DNA of 64,000 bases from Psilocybe cubensis (Eukaryota). Below, piece by piece: positions 12,071 to 24,860 of the stretch. The position numbers and the translations under genes were made by a program. Under the pieces are notes generated by a model, which made no database searches, was not told the origin of the DNA, and saw nothing but the letters and a program-made list of their open reading frames with translations. The stretch is from assembly GCA_017499595.2 (NCBI GenBank), contig CM039008.1:1364001-1428000 (forward strand), given 5' to 3'. Position 1 is the first letter of the stretch; the number at the start of each line of letters is the position of its first letter.

Positions 12071-13132
12071 ATCAAGAGCCAGGCTATTAGTCTTCTCGCC
12101 AATCATAGACGGCCACCTTTGACATGCCATCACACATCACTATACACTACCTTTACGATGCGCATACTGTCTACCCGCTCTGGCTCGCTCGTTGGCTTTT
12201 CGCCTGGCTTCCACAATCTATTGCCTCGGGGCTACTTCTGCTTTTGTTCTTGCTGTCTTCGTTCATTTTTTGTTATTCTCTCTTTGTTCAACAATTTCTT
12301 GTTTTCGATGTTACTCGTATTTCTTTGTTGTTGCTTTTATCTTGTTCTCTTCGTTCTCCTCTTCATGCTTCATCGGACAATTTTTGCATTTACATGCTAC
12401 TTTGCCATTTTCGTGCTTCATTGCTACACACTACCATTTCTTTCAAATATTTCTTCCATCTTTATTTCTTATTATCAACTCAATTTATTTCATATATCTT
12501 TATATATTTTCTTTTAGTCTCTTATTCTTATTATCTTCTAATTTATTTCCTTCAATTTAAACCATCACATATCTCTGCTTTACATTCATCTTTTTATCAT
12601 CTACTCGCTTCTAAATCTTCTTTTGAATCTTCACATATAATTTTTATATTTTATACCTATGTACCAACATATACTCTCCATCTTCTAATATATTCTGCTT
12701 TGAAAATCTAATAAATGTTTGAACCTAAGTTTGCTGCTAGAGGACAAGAACTCATTAGACTTTAACCCCTTTTAAAGCCGTGAGAACTAGGAAGGCCCCT
12801 GATCATGCTTTTGTACGCCCTTTCTGTCATCAAGTCGCACTGTTGGTTGTGCTCTTCGTGTTCTTCCACAATATGGATCATGATCGTTTCTATCGCCCAT
12901 TTTTATCAACTTGCTTCCAGTTAGCTGCATTATCATCGATTTTTAGAGTTCTGTTTAGATGATTCGGATTCCCTACCTGACTGTCACATTTTTTGCTTTT
13001 CGATCTCGATCGTTTTCTGGATGAGTGTGATCCCCAATTATTTTTCCCAATGCATTCATTCTTCTTCTTCCTATTAGTTTCATCTTCAGCGGGTTTTTCA
13101 TGGCAGATCTTCTATTCTCAATCCTTTCCACC

Positions 13133-14314
13133 ATGGGCACATCTTCGCTCTCGAAACTGTTCGCTCGTCCTTCAAAACGCCTGGGTGTTCATTCCATGAA
13201 AGGTAAAGAAGAGTCCAATTTCAGCAGTGAAATCTTCCAACTGCTGATGCTCAACAGCATGAGGAAAGTTCTTCCAGTGCGAGGTCAGAGCAAGATCTCC
13301 ATTCCGGTGTGTACTTCATAATAGCGTTATCGTAAGATGGACTCATCGGACACCTCTTCCATCTTCCACAGCTGTTGAAAAGCCTTCTCCACCAATGTCA
13401 AAAGAGGAGGCCTTCGAGGCGTTGTTGGCGATGTCTGAATCTGACGAGGATTCGAAGCGCTCTTCAGTTTTTACCATGAAAAGGACGAGTTCTGGCGAGT
13501 CATCACCATCAGAATACTCAAGCTCCCCTTCAACACCTTCTTCGTTCTCGCTCAGCGTACTTTCTGGAGACTCTGAAAAGAAGGATGGTGAAAGTATTAG
13601 ATTCCCCAAAAGCGACACGGAGTCTGATTTGGCGGTGCCTTCTGAGGAAAAGCTTGAACCTACTACCCTTGCGACTGAGGTAGGCTCAAAAGAAGACGTG
13701 GCGGAGGACCCTTGCTCTGGCGGGCATACACAAGATGATGATTACCTCGATATGCGCCTGGTCAATAAGCTCTTCGAGGACATTGTCAACCCGCGTGCGC
13801 GTCGCGTAGGTATGGTCCCCGGACCACGCACTGGACTTGGGAACGCTATTTTGGCCGCATATAAGCAGGAGTTACTAGAGACTGTTATTGCGCTTGAGGA
13901 TTCGTTTTCCTCACCGGTCCCCGCGTCGGGACTTTCACCGTACCCATGGGATAAGGTGCCTGAGGTATCGGGTGGCGACATAGATGCCGGGGACAGCTCG
14001 CCTGACGCCAGTTTCGACAGCGCTGTGGTTAGTCTGGATATCTTCAAAGAAAAGGACGAAGTCCCTTCCCAACCAACCACGGCGGTGCTTGATGGCGAAG
14101 GAATAAAAAAATGGCTTCGAGATTTTCTCTTCCACCTAATTTCAGGAAGGAAGAACCGGATCCCAATCCTCTGTTGACTGTGGTTCATATTCTCCTTCGA
14201 AGACAGCAAGACAAAGTGAGGGGAATTTTGCGCATTTCTGTGGACAGGGATATACATCCTCCCGACACGAAAGTGTTCAGGACCATTTCAACTCGCCCAT
14301 TCGCTAAGTTTTGA
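13133..14314 (+). pseudogene. Second orphan Ser/Glu-rich gene, frameshifted copy (intact copy at 61662-60479)
   Basis: Relative to copy C it lacks one C at ~13238 and one A at ~14105 (A7 vs A8); both are homopolymer sites. Confidence 0.65.
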
Positions 14315-15350
14315 TTCTCGGTCTTGGGTTCTGCGTCCTCTTCTGGTTAAGATTATCGCTTAGGTTTTTCCTTGTTCTTCTTTGCTAGCGACATTCTCTA
14401 TCGATTCTGCATTCTATTCCATGGAGCTCAGACAGCCCTTTTGCTGCATTCACGTGGTTGTTTTGCATAAATTTCTGCATTCCGTCTCGCTCGTGCTATC
14501 TCTATCGACAAGGAGGTCTACGACTTTTTGGCCACCGCCACCACCAAGCATGGCCTTGGCTTCTGGATGCCCGGCTATGGTATCATTCACCAGATTATCC
14601 TCTCTTTGGCCGGTTGTGGTGTTTGACCGTCGAGACCCAAGGACTCCAGTATCTCCAATCGGAGTCTTCTTTCACCCATGGAACGACTCGACTGAAATGA
14701 CAAAAAGGCAAACCACCCCATGTACCCAGACACCACACGCGTCATGCGTATGCATCCACCCACAACTGTTCTCAGCGTCCTTTCGGACAAGTCCACAGGG
14801 CCGTTATGTTATCAATCTAACATCTACTGACGGGTGTGGTGTCGTGTATCATGAGGACTCGGATTTGTTCGCAAACCTGAGTCACGTAGCTCCAGTTTTT
14901 GCGTTTTAACCAGATCGGATCCTCAAAAAGGTTGTGCCTAAAGAACTGAACAGATCTTGATTCACGTTCGATACGCGTCCTTGATTTTTTCAATCTGTGT
15001 GCAAAAACTGAAGCTTCCTGCAACTTATTTATCTAATGATCAACTACATTCCTGTCTTCCTTATCATGTGGTGTGATGCATGATGACTTGAGTTGTCAGC
15101 TATCAGCGCGCGATGACAGGCGCCTTTTCATAGTTCCTGATACGAGGACAATAGACGCCCAAATACAGTCTGACCGTCGTCGACGCATTGATGAGTGGGA
15201 GGTTTCCATCTAGCCCTATGGACGTGAAGGTGAAGTGGTGCAAGTTCAAGCAAGAGAAAGATCTGTAAACTCTGATTTTGAGGTACACATAGCATGCCCG
15301 TAGCATTTAATTTCAGAGATCTGTAACTAACTAACTAACTACCCAATATA

Positions 15351-16645
15351 TCAATAACAAGGTGCGCTCTCGAGCGCTTTAGTGGACTCGAGAACCAATT
15401 TTAGCGCCCACTGTTTAATTGTCTCATTTTCATTTTCACTTTCTTCGTTTTTGTCTTCATCTCCGCCTTCATCTTCCGTCCCTCTTTTCACACTTCCCTG
15501 AGCTGCACCAAAACACCACTCGCGCAGCACAACAAGACCCAAAAACAGGGAATACCATATACGCTTCGTGCGCTGGCGGGGGAATAGAAGAAGGTGTTTG
15601 CCGCCAGACGAAAGATACGCTTCATTTAGAGCTTGGGAGGGGCGATTGGGTGAAGGGAGAAAAAACGACTCAAGGAGCGGGTCGGCCCAGAGCGCATGGG
15701 TGAACATGGACGGGAGGATAGCTGCTATACTAACATTCATCTCTGCATCTGAATCTAGTGCGGCACGCGAAGTGAGTAACAGAATATCCTCTTCGAACCC
15801 GGAGAACCATACAAGCGAGGGTGTATCCGCGTCGTCGAAGAGAAAGAATCCGATGGCGCGCGAGAGGTGCGCGCGGATCTGGGTATATGGGATGTCGAGT
15901 GCCGACTCGGACTCGGACTCGGACTCGGACGCAAGTTCGAACGCGGATAAGAGAGACTCGAGGAGGTGCGTGAATGTTTCTTGCCAGCTGTACGTCTGCC
16001 CTGGCTCCGTCGGCTCTGGTATACTGGATGTAGTAGCAGCGTTGGCCTCAGGTGTAATGGTAACAGGCCCGAAAAAGTCGTTCTGCACGAGTGCATGTGC
16101 GCGGCCCAGCAACGCGCCTATCTGCAGATCTAGCAGAGTGTCTGCTTTGGTGTTGGCGTTGAGAACTGTTCTGCGTGCGTGTGCGAGGGTGGTGATGTTT
16201 TCAGAGGTGTATGTGCCGCTGGAAGTAGGAGGAGGAGGGGTAAGAATGAATGGGAAGGGGAGGGTGGTTAGAGTTGTGTCGAGAATGGGTATTGGGATGG
16301 GGAAGGGCAGCGAGGACGAGGCATCGTGTAGGAGTTTGAAGAGGTTGTGGATTGTGGGGAGCGAGTTGGAATCGGAATTAGAGGACGGGGAGACATCGAT
16401 GGTGAGGAAACAGCAGCATGTGGACTTTGCAGAGCCCGCTGGCGCGAGATCGAGGATATAGGTCCGTATGGAGCGCGTGTAGCTGTAGCGTAGATTAAAT
16501 TACAGTGCACAATCGTCGTCGACACGGACACGCACCTGTATCCGATGTTCTTGAGCTGTGTGAATCCCGTCACGGTGGTCTGGCTGTGTCCTGGCAGATG
16601 TGTCTGGACGATGCCCTCCAATTGGGAGAGTGTTGGATGGCGCAT
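15351..16645 (-). CDS. APH/protein-kinase-like-fold hypothetical protein (2 exons)
   Basis: MRHPTLSQL...IGYS, an intron, then a long ORF with H..QNDFFG, SWQETF, PSLVW, ADPLLE and RQRTKRIWY motifs. Family call is from memory of fungal APH-like proteins. Confidence 0.65.
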
Positions 16646-16997
16646 GGTGATGGTCAGGATCTGTTATCTTTCCGGAATGCCAGATTATTGACACTAATAG
16701 CCTATATAGATATGTCAAAGGAGGATATAGATATCTTGCTAACAGGAGTCCTTTTACAAATAGTCTTGAGCTTTGATGCTTCTAGTTTTTGCACACGAAT
16801 TGGAATCAAAGGCGTGTTTCGAACATGCGTTAGTTCGTTGGGCACGGCCTTTTTTGAGGATCGAAAACAAGGACTCGAGAAAACCTCAAGCCCTCACACC
16901 ACACGAAGTGCAGGACACTGAGAACAAGTTGCAGGTGGGGGCAATGTATGATTGATTTATCTCCAACTCTGCCTCAAGCTCAGCCAGTGATTGCGAC

Positions 16998-17130
16998 GCG
17001 GATACGCACCTGTATCCAATAACACGCTACAGTGGACTGGCGGTGTTCGGGAGGGGTGTCTGGACAATAGATTGCCAGTTCAAGAGCATTGGATGTCGCA
17101 TCTGATTCCGAGATACTGTTATCTAGCAAG
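16998..17130 (-). pseudogene. Degenerate duplicate of exon 1 and splice donor of the 16645 gene
   Basis: MRHPMLLNWQSIVQTPLP...*..IGYR|GTGCGT resembles MRHPTLSQLEGIVQTHLP...IGYR|GTGCGT. Confidence 0.7.
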
Positions 17131-17597
17131 TCATGTTATCTGATTAGATCGACAGCTATATCTGCAGCATTCGTTTCAAAGCTCCTGTTTGGGCATGCGC
17201 ATTTCAAATCTTTGTCCACCACTACCCTCACCGACTCCGAATATCCATACCTTGATAATTAAATAAACAAACAGTTGCTTATTACATGAGATACAGTCTG
17301 ACAAAAGTCGCAGACTTGAAAAAGGCTGATATAACGGCAAGAACACCGGGCGTCTAATTCTGCAAGAGCACATCCAAAACGTCCAATGGCTCCATTGATA
17401 TATCACCCAGTATCTTTCAAGTACCAAATCTCAAATTTTCAAAAGTTCAAATTCCAAGGTATAAATCACAATAACGGTCGATTATACGAGCTTTAAGCAC
17501 AACATCTCTTTCACCAAGAAAAATTATGTAACTCAAAAAAAGAAACAGGAATTAGGCTCGTCCTGCCAGGCTTATACATACTACACCTGCCTGCCTT

Positions 17598-19505
17598 TTA
17601 CGCAGAAGCAGCGGAAGCAGCAGCAGCAGCAGCCTCCTTAGCAGCCTTCCTCTCCGCTTTCGCCTTTGCCTTCTCCTCCTTCTTCGCATCATTAATCACC
17701 CGCGCACGCTCATCATACACCTAGTAGTAATGTACCACAGCCAATTCATCAGCATACCATTCAATAAATCTAGGAGCGGAAAAAAGGAAGGACGAAGACA
17801 ACGTACCGCTATCTCTTCAGCCGAAAGCGCGTTGTATTTCGCACGCAGGTCGCGCGTGACGTCCGCGAAAGTCGTACCCTCGAGCGACTTGGGGAAGTTA
17901 TCTTTGAAGAACCTGTGTATCGTCCAGCGTCCATCGTTTCGTCGTGTCGTCGTGTCGTTGTCGGTAAATACATCCCCACACGCAAAGTACCCATTCAAAC
18001 CCATCAAAATTCCGAAAAAAACCAAAAACCAAAAACCAAAAAGAACCAGTCAGCTAAATCCCACAAAACCACCCCCCCAGAAAAAATAAGAAAAATAAGA
18101 AAGGCGACGTACAAATTAACACCTCTAATCCCAGACGACTTCGACTTCGACTTAAGAATCTTACGTTCCTTATTCGTAAGCGTCGCGCGCCACGCGGCTA
18201 CTTTCTCATGGTACTCTTGGAATGACTTTGGGTCGACGGCGTATTTCTGTGTGTGGTTGGATTGGATATGAGAAAAGGGAGGGAAGAGAGGAGTGGAGTG
18301 GGGAGGGTCAGTGTCAAGTATCATTTCATACATATTAAATAAAATAAAATAAAAGAAACAAATTCCTCTCGCATCCTCGTCCAACCCAATTCAACCCAAG
18401 TGCAAGTGCAAAATACACCAACACAACCCCCCTCCCCCCAAAAAAAACATAAAAAGAAAAAAGAAAAAGGCAAACACACCTGCTTCTCCTCCTCACTCAT
18501 CGACGCCCACTTCTGCGCAACCTTGGCGAACTCGGTCCTCATATCCGAGCCAGCAGGGACAACATACTTGCCGCCTTCCGGAGTCGCGTCTTTGAACGCT
18601 TGCTGGAGGAAGTTGTTGAATGCGTTCATGGGCTTGCGGAATGGGTTTTTGGCGTTTTGTTTGGCCGCTAGATGGTTTTTTGGTTTTTGGTGTATGGTTT
18701 TGGGTGTATGGTTTTTGGTGTATGGTTTTTGGTGCATGGTTTTAGTTTTGACGTTTTGTTTGGGTTGGGTTGGGTGCAAAGAAGGATGGAGGGGAGAAGG
18801 AATGTTAGTATTTGTATGGTTTGCGGAGAAGTAGGGAAGGGCAATGAGGATAAGGTGTAAGAAAGACGAGGCCAACAGATAAGACCCACAACCAGCAAAA
18901 GCTGGTACAACTCGAAAATGCACGATGAACGGCGCCCCAAATCCCAAAGGATTAAACCAGAACCCAGTGCATATCCCAACAAACAAGCCCACAACCCACA
19001 ACCCACAACCCCCCAAAAAAAATCAAACCAACTGACCTTTCTCAGCAGCAGCCTTCTCTGCCTTCTTCTTCCTCTGCGCCTCCTTGCGCGCCTCCTTGCG
19101 CTCCCTCTGCGCCTCTGCGCGCTCCCGCTTCGCAGCTTTCGCTTTCTCCTTCGCCGCTTTAGCCTTCTCCTTCGCAGCTTTGGCTTTCTCCTTCGCAGCT
19201 TTCGCTTTCTCCTTCGCCTCTGCGGATTTAGCTTTAGCTTTCTCCTTCGCCTCAGCGGACTTGGCTTTGGGTTTCTCCTTTGCTGTTTTGTCCTTGCTGG
19301 TAGTGCGTGCAGACGAGGACTTCGAGGAGGACGAAGACGCCGGCGTGTCGACGCGGGCAGAAGTCAAGAATGTGCGGCGCGTCGCTGTAGCCGCAACACC
19401 AGCAAGCAACGACGAAACGCCCACAGGCCTTAGGAACGTCGTCGTCGTCGCAGCCAACGGACCCCGTGTCCGCGTCCACGACGTCCGAAGGACAGCGTAC
19501 AACAT
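17598..19505 (-). CDS. HMG-box protein (two boxes), likely mitochondrial presequence, with AKEKAKA repeats
   Basis: KPMNAFNNF...AKVAQKWASMSEEEKQ|KY and FFK...KYNALSAEEIA|VY; Arg/Thr/Ala-rich N-terminus; stop at 17600-17598. Confidence 0.82.
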
Positions 19506-19970
19506 TAGCGCGAAAGAAAAAACGAAAAGACGAAAAACGTAAAAAAAAAGACGGGATAAAAAAAGGTGGGGGTTAGTGTGTGTGTGAGGGTTGAGCTGGA
19601 GACGGTATGAGTTTGAACTTTTGGAATGGGGACCGGGCGGCGGTTGGTTACGCGCCACCTGCCAGTCCAAGAACCAGACTCCCGTCACTCGTTCCGCCTT
19701 GAAATTTCTATTTTTGGTAGTAAAACTTTGAAATTAAATATGTGCAAATAACGCGTGGTTTTTCTTATTTTTGCTTCCGCAGAGATACAAAACGAGAATT
19801 CTTGTTTCCTTGTTGGTAGAACAGTTGCTTCCGACTGTCTACTTTCATGATTTACAACCCAGTATAATAAAAAATTGCTTGAAAACATAACAAGTGAATG
19901 TTGAAAACGTGACAATTGGTGTTGGGTATTTGGGTATTCATTCAGTCAGCAGTAAAATGGTCAGTTTGAA

Positions 19971-21222
19971 TTAGCGCCTTTTGCCTCCGCCGCGAGAATG
20001 GCTGCCCGTCTTGCCTCGCTTTCTGTTTTGGCTATGGCAGCGTATCGCTATATGACGGAAAATTGTGAAAACGCGAGGAGTGAGGAAAAAGGGAGATGAC
20101 TTACCGCTTTCTCTTCTGCGCTCAGCTCCTTCCATAGTTTACTCGCCTGGATAAAGACGGAAGAACGGCCAGTTTGGGGATCGGGTTTGAGAGTTGGGCA
20201 TATCTCTCGAAGAAAACTACGGGCAAGGTTGAGTGGATGGGGTGGTAAAGAGAGCAAAGGGACATACACGCTCTGGGGCTTGATGGTGCCTTTACTGCCT
20301 TTACGTGCAACATTCTGTCTATGGGTTCTCCTCTCTGCGACGGTGAGAGACTTGTACCAGGCGCGCATCGCTTTTCTGTGTAATGGAAAGACCATGGGGT
20401 CGTTGCGGTATTGCTAGAGAGAGAAAGTGAGAAGAGAGAAGAAAAGAAAGAAGGGAGTGGACGGACCTCTTTCTCTTCCATGGACAACTCGTGCCATCTT
20501 TGAACGACGTCTATTGCTGGCGGCTCAGACTGTTCATGGAGATAGTTGGAAAACGGATTTCTAGGCGGTGCGCGTGGGCGTGACATTCTCATCCACTTTC
20601 TCCGCTCCTCCACCGCCTTATCCTGCTCATTCACCTTTCTTCTCGTAGCAGCCAGCCGCTTCTCGATTTTCTCCAGTTGTTTGCCGACCTTCTCCGCCAG
20701 CTTCGCCGCTTTCTTGCGCGTCCTCCGAAGCTCAGCCTCTACCATCTGCTTCTGCTTCCTCAGCGCTGTCTTTGTCTTCCGGTCCCGCGAAGCAGCTGCC
20801 CTCTCCTCCACCTTCACCACCGACTTTCTACGATGCTTCGCCGCCTCCGCCAACCTCTCCTCCTTCTGCGCCAGCCGCTCCTCCGCTTCACGACTGAACT
20901 TGTCCAGCTCCTCCTGCGCCGCAGCGCACTCGTCCTCAAGACGCTTAATCGCAGCGTCAAGTATCCCACTCTCTTCCTGCAGGCGCTCATACTCCATCGA
21001 TATGTTATTGAATTGCGCGTGCGTGCGATCTACGTCCATCTCACGTAGCGGCGTCGGGGGCGTGAGCGGCATCACGTACTTCTCTGTGTAATATGAGCCT
21101 CGAGACCTTCGCCTGTAGGTACGGCTTGCCCCTGCGCGCAGCGCATGTAGGATGAGCGCGCTGCCCAGAGCGCGACTGTTCCCCGAAAGAGCCCGGGTGC
21201 TGCTCAAGATGCTTAGGAGCAT
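19971..21222 (-). CDS. HMG-box protein (two boxes), tandem paralog with a coiled-coil
   Basis: PPRNPFSNY...RWHELSMEEKE|QY and ASKLWKELSAEEKA|RY; introns fall at positions equivalent to the neighbouring gene. Confidence 0.8.
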
Positions 21223-21841
21223 TGTTCAGTTTATATCTTCGACCTGTGAGCACAAAAGTCCCTGGTGTCTAGAGCAGGTGGGTGAGGAGCCGGAGGCTTG
21301 ATGGCAGAGCTATATTGGTGCACACCGACGGAGAATGTGGGCGATAGTGGTATAACATTGGGGGAACCAGACCATGGGAAAACGCACGTTGTCCTCGCAC
21401 CCGTGACACCCCGCCGTCGCGGACTTTAAATTTCGCATCCTCTTCAGCGGCAATTTATATGCGCATATACGATGTCTCATCTCTACGGCTGTTTCGCTGC
21501 CGCTCTCATCTGGAAATCCCTTGACTCTTGCAATCAAAGGAGATGCAATGACCATTGACGGTCAATTAACTAGTACTCCTTCTCCTCCTCGCAATATAGA
21601 AATTGTACAGTCATTGAATCTCACCGAGCATCTGCTTCTCGTATGGAACCTGTACAGAACGCTTCCGATACTACCTCGAAGGGCTGGGCTGATTCTGCGC
21701 AACTTCCTATCTCAATCTGGGTTATATGGCTCCTAATACGTCCTCCTCCACGAGGCTAGCTCCACTGGTACACCTACATAAAGTGTAAACGATTTCACTC
21801 TTCACCATACTGTCTGCCTGAGTCCACTTTGAACTCAAACC

Positions 21842-22420
21842 ATGCGCTTCGGAGCACTAGCTTTCACCCTCACCCTCACCACGGTGTCTCTCTGGACATG
21901 TGCAGCAGCAGCAGCAGCAGCGTGCGCCGTTTGCCCAGCTACAATCACGTACGATGGTACACTCAGGACCCTGACACTCGTGCAACAAAGCAGCGGGGAC
22001 ATCCTCGTCCAGTGCAAGTGCGTGTTTTAATTTACTTTTTAATATCTTAACGGGCGCTTCCGTGTTGCGTTCCTTGGATCGTATATGCCACTGCGAACTT
22101 GAATCTGAATCGAAATCAAACTTTGAATGTAACTGACCAAGATCTCTCCTTGTCCCCCCTCTGCCTACTTAGCTATGGTACACCTCCCATCCCAGGTTTC
22201 ACACCCGCATGTCTGTACAACGTAAGTTCCAAGTCCGTCCCGACCTTAGCCAAAGATGCAAAAGGGACTCAAAGAGCCTGCTCATGTTGATATTCGGTGG
22301 TAACTCTGTGGCATATTGAATTCCACACCGCAGAACTCTACAGGCGCGCTTGTACTTTCGAATATGGAGAAGGTGTGCCCGGGGAAAGTTCCTTTGGCTG
22401 TGAAGAGCTCGTGTTCGTGA
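21842..22420 (+). CDS. Small secreted 6-Cys protein, paralog 1
   Basis: Signal peptide, then CAVCPATI...VQCN|YGTPPIPGFTPACLYN|NSTGAL...CPGKVPLAVKSSCS*; two introns. Confidence 0.82.
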
Positions 22421-23472
22421 GCGTGATGGATTTATGCATGAATCCCGATGGGTCAAGTCATGGGTACTGGTACGTCGCTTCGCTCGCGCCTTGTCACGGT
22501 GAGGGAAGAAGTATTGACGATTTGTATACGCAGGTGCTCGCATGGACAAGATGCTGGTGTGATATCCAAGCGTCCGCCGTAGCCTTTGAACGATAGGAGA
22601 CGGTATAAAGTGCGAACTTGTCTAAATCAAAACCTGAACGTGATCCCTGAAGGCCTGAATGTTGAACAACGCTAAACACCGAACTCGCAAGATAAACTGA
22701 CAAACTTAGCTTCACATAAATCTGAGAGACGCAAGATTCAGCTGAGGAGATCTCAAGGCTCAAGTTCCGTTCCGCATATGCATGCATGCACATTCTACGT
22801 TCTACGTTCTATCCCACCCCTGTGTTCAACGTTGACGGTTGAAAACATATACATGATATGCGCATCTATCCCACGTCTCGCGTCTACATAGTACAATCCA
22901 ATGCCGTTTGCTATCCATCCACGCCTACGTACCCTCCCACGTATGGACATGGACATGGACATATGTCTTCGGAATCAAAGGAAATGCAATGGTAATGATA
23001 ATGATAATATGATCATCGACTAAAAATGACAACAAAAACGCCTCGGAACACATCTCTTTTGACAGCGAAGCCGAAGCGTCGACAAGATGGACGTGGACGT
23101 GGATGTGGACTGGTACCTGAGTCGGAAGTTTCCCGTTAGCTTACCCCAAACTTTCGAGATTGGACATTCGAACATGGATTTATTGATTATTGATTATTGA
23201 TTACTATCTGAATCTCGGTCTAGATGGATTTTCTAATTGTACGTTGACGCGTACATCTGAATCACCCATGTGCATCCTCGGAATCGCTCTGGATTTTGCG
23301 GTGCATGTACAGATATATAAAGGGTCTCATTCCACATATAATTGTCCAAGGCATCTGCAGTCCAGATACCTAGTAACCTGCTCATTTCTCAGCTTCAGCT
23401 TCATCACTCAACTCAACTCATCTCAGTCTCAGCTAGAATTAGCTATCAAACTCAAACTCAAACACCGTAATA

Positions 23473-23930
23473 ATGCAGTTCCGAACTACAACCGCCGCCG
23501 CCGCCCTCCTCACCGCGCTCTCGCTAGCCACAGGCGCCGCAGCCGTCACATGCGCCGTCTGTGCGCCCACAATCACGTTCAGCGGTGTCGTGCGCACGCT
23601 CACGCTCGTCCGCCAGGAGAGCGGGAACACCGTGCAGTGCAAGTGCGTTTTTCTTTCTTTCTTTTTTCGTCTTTGATTCGACAGAATGATCTTGTCGTTG
23701 GAATGTAAACTAACCATTTTTTGAACAGCTACGACACCCCTGCGATCCCGGGATTTTCTCCTGGATGTTTATATGGCGTGAGTACCCGCTTGCTGAAGAT
23801 GTTTGGTAATGGGACTGGAAAAGTAAATGTTTATTTGGATTTGCAGAACGTTAATGGCGCGCTCATCTTTACGAACGCGGGCACGGCGTGCCCGAGCACG
23901 ATTCCGCTAGTCACGAAGACTTCGTGTTGA
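23473..23930 (+). CDS. Small secreted 6-Cys protein, paralog 2
   Basis: TATATAAA at ~23313; signal peptide, then CAVCAPTI...VQCN|YDTPAIPGFSPGCLYG|NVNGAL...CPSTIPLVTKTSC*; same intron positions as paralog 1. Confidence 0.85.
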
Positions 23931-24860
23931 GTGATGATAGTTAGTTGGGATGATATCCTGGTTTGTGAGTACTTTACAGCGGAATGAGTCAGAGAGGTTA
24001 GAGTACTTACCTTTTGTTTTTGTTTTTGCTATAGAGCAAGGACTCAGTTAGTGGGAAGAGGATACTACAAGAAATGTACATTCAAAACGATGAAAATATA
24101 TACTCATTTCGCAGGAAACATGGATGTTGATTGGATGAAATAAAAGGCACTTGAGCCTCATTTTCAACTGAATAAAAGTCTAAAAGCTTACGTTCAAAGT
24201 CCAAAATTCAATCTGTAAGTGCCAATTCATTGGACAATCCGGTGGCTAAAAATAGACGGCAACTTAATGAGGGAAAGGCGGGCGTTGGAAATGTGATCCG
24301 GTGATAGTCCCGTCTCGAAGAGCATTTGCCAATACTTATCACTGGAATGTATATCTGATCACAATATCTTGTTGAACACATCAGATGTTCTCCGCATTTT
24401 CTGGTGTTTCTTGGTGGCAGGTGCTATGCACTGGCAGGCTCTTCAATGAGCACTTCATCTGCGCTCCTATCACATGATCAACAGGCTAACTCAACACAGC
24501 CTGACTAAAACGCGCTTACACTAAATTGAATAATCTCCTCCCTAAGTGTCTCTCAAAACACTAGAAGAATGCACATTCTCTCACTTTCTCGTCCCATGAC
24601 CCCTATTTGCGCTATTCTTGGCGCCTCCCCGCATCATTAATAGTAAACAGCCTCGGGGACGCAAGCTGCCGAGCCGGATGGTGTCCTGACCCACCCACCA
24701 AATTCCGTTATGCATCCTTTGGATTTTAACCCGCAACCCCTCTTGCTTCCCTTTGCTACCCTACGCCGACCTGGACGCGGTGCTGATTGCCTGCACGTTG
24801 GTTCTGTACATTGAACGTTGATACCTGCTGAGAAGAAGCGAAATATCTATTGGTAACATA

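Larger units (their letters stand above)
5777..14433 (+). repeat. Segmental duplication module, copy A
   Basis: 5777-12934 matches 26940-34154 (direct); ~11020-14433 matches 64000-60359 (inverted). Confidence 0.93.

Noticed and set aside
12050-12711. Hydrophobic ORFs in three frames (also ~9630-10180, 33250-33750, 62240-62790)
   Set aside because: T/C-rich low-complexity sequence depleted of stops; frames shift between copies.
5777-14433. Module as a classical transposon or Helitron
   Set aside because: No transposase or helicase, TIRs, TSDs or consistent termini seen; the copies end at different points.
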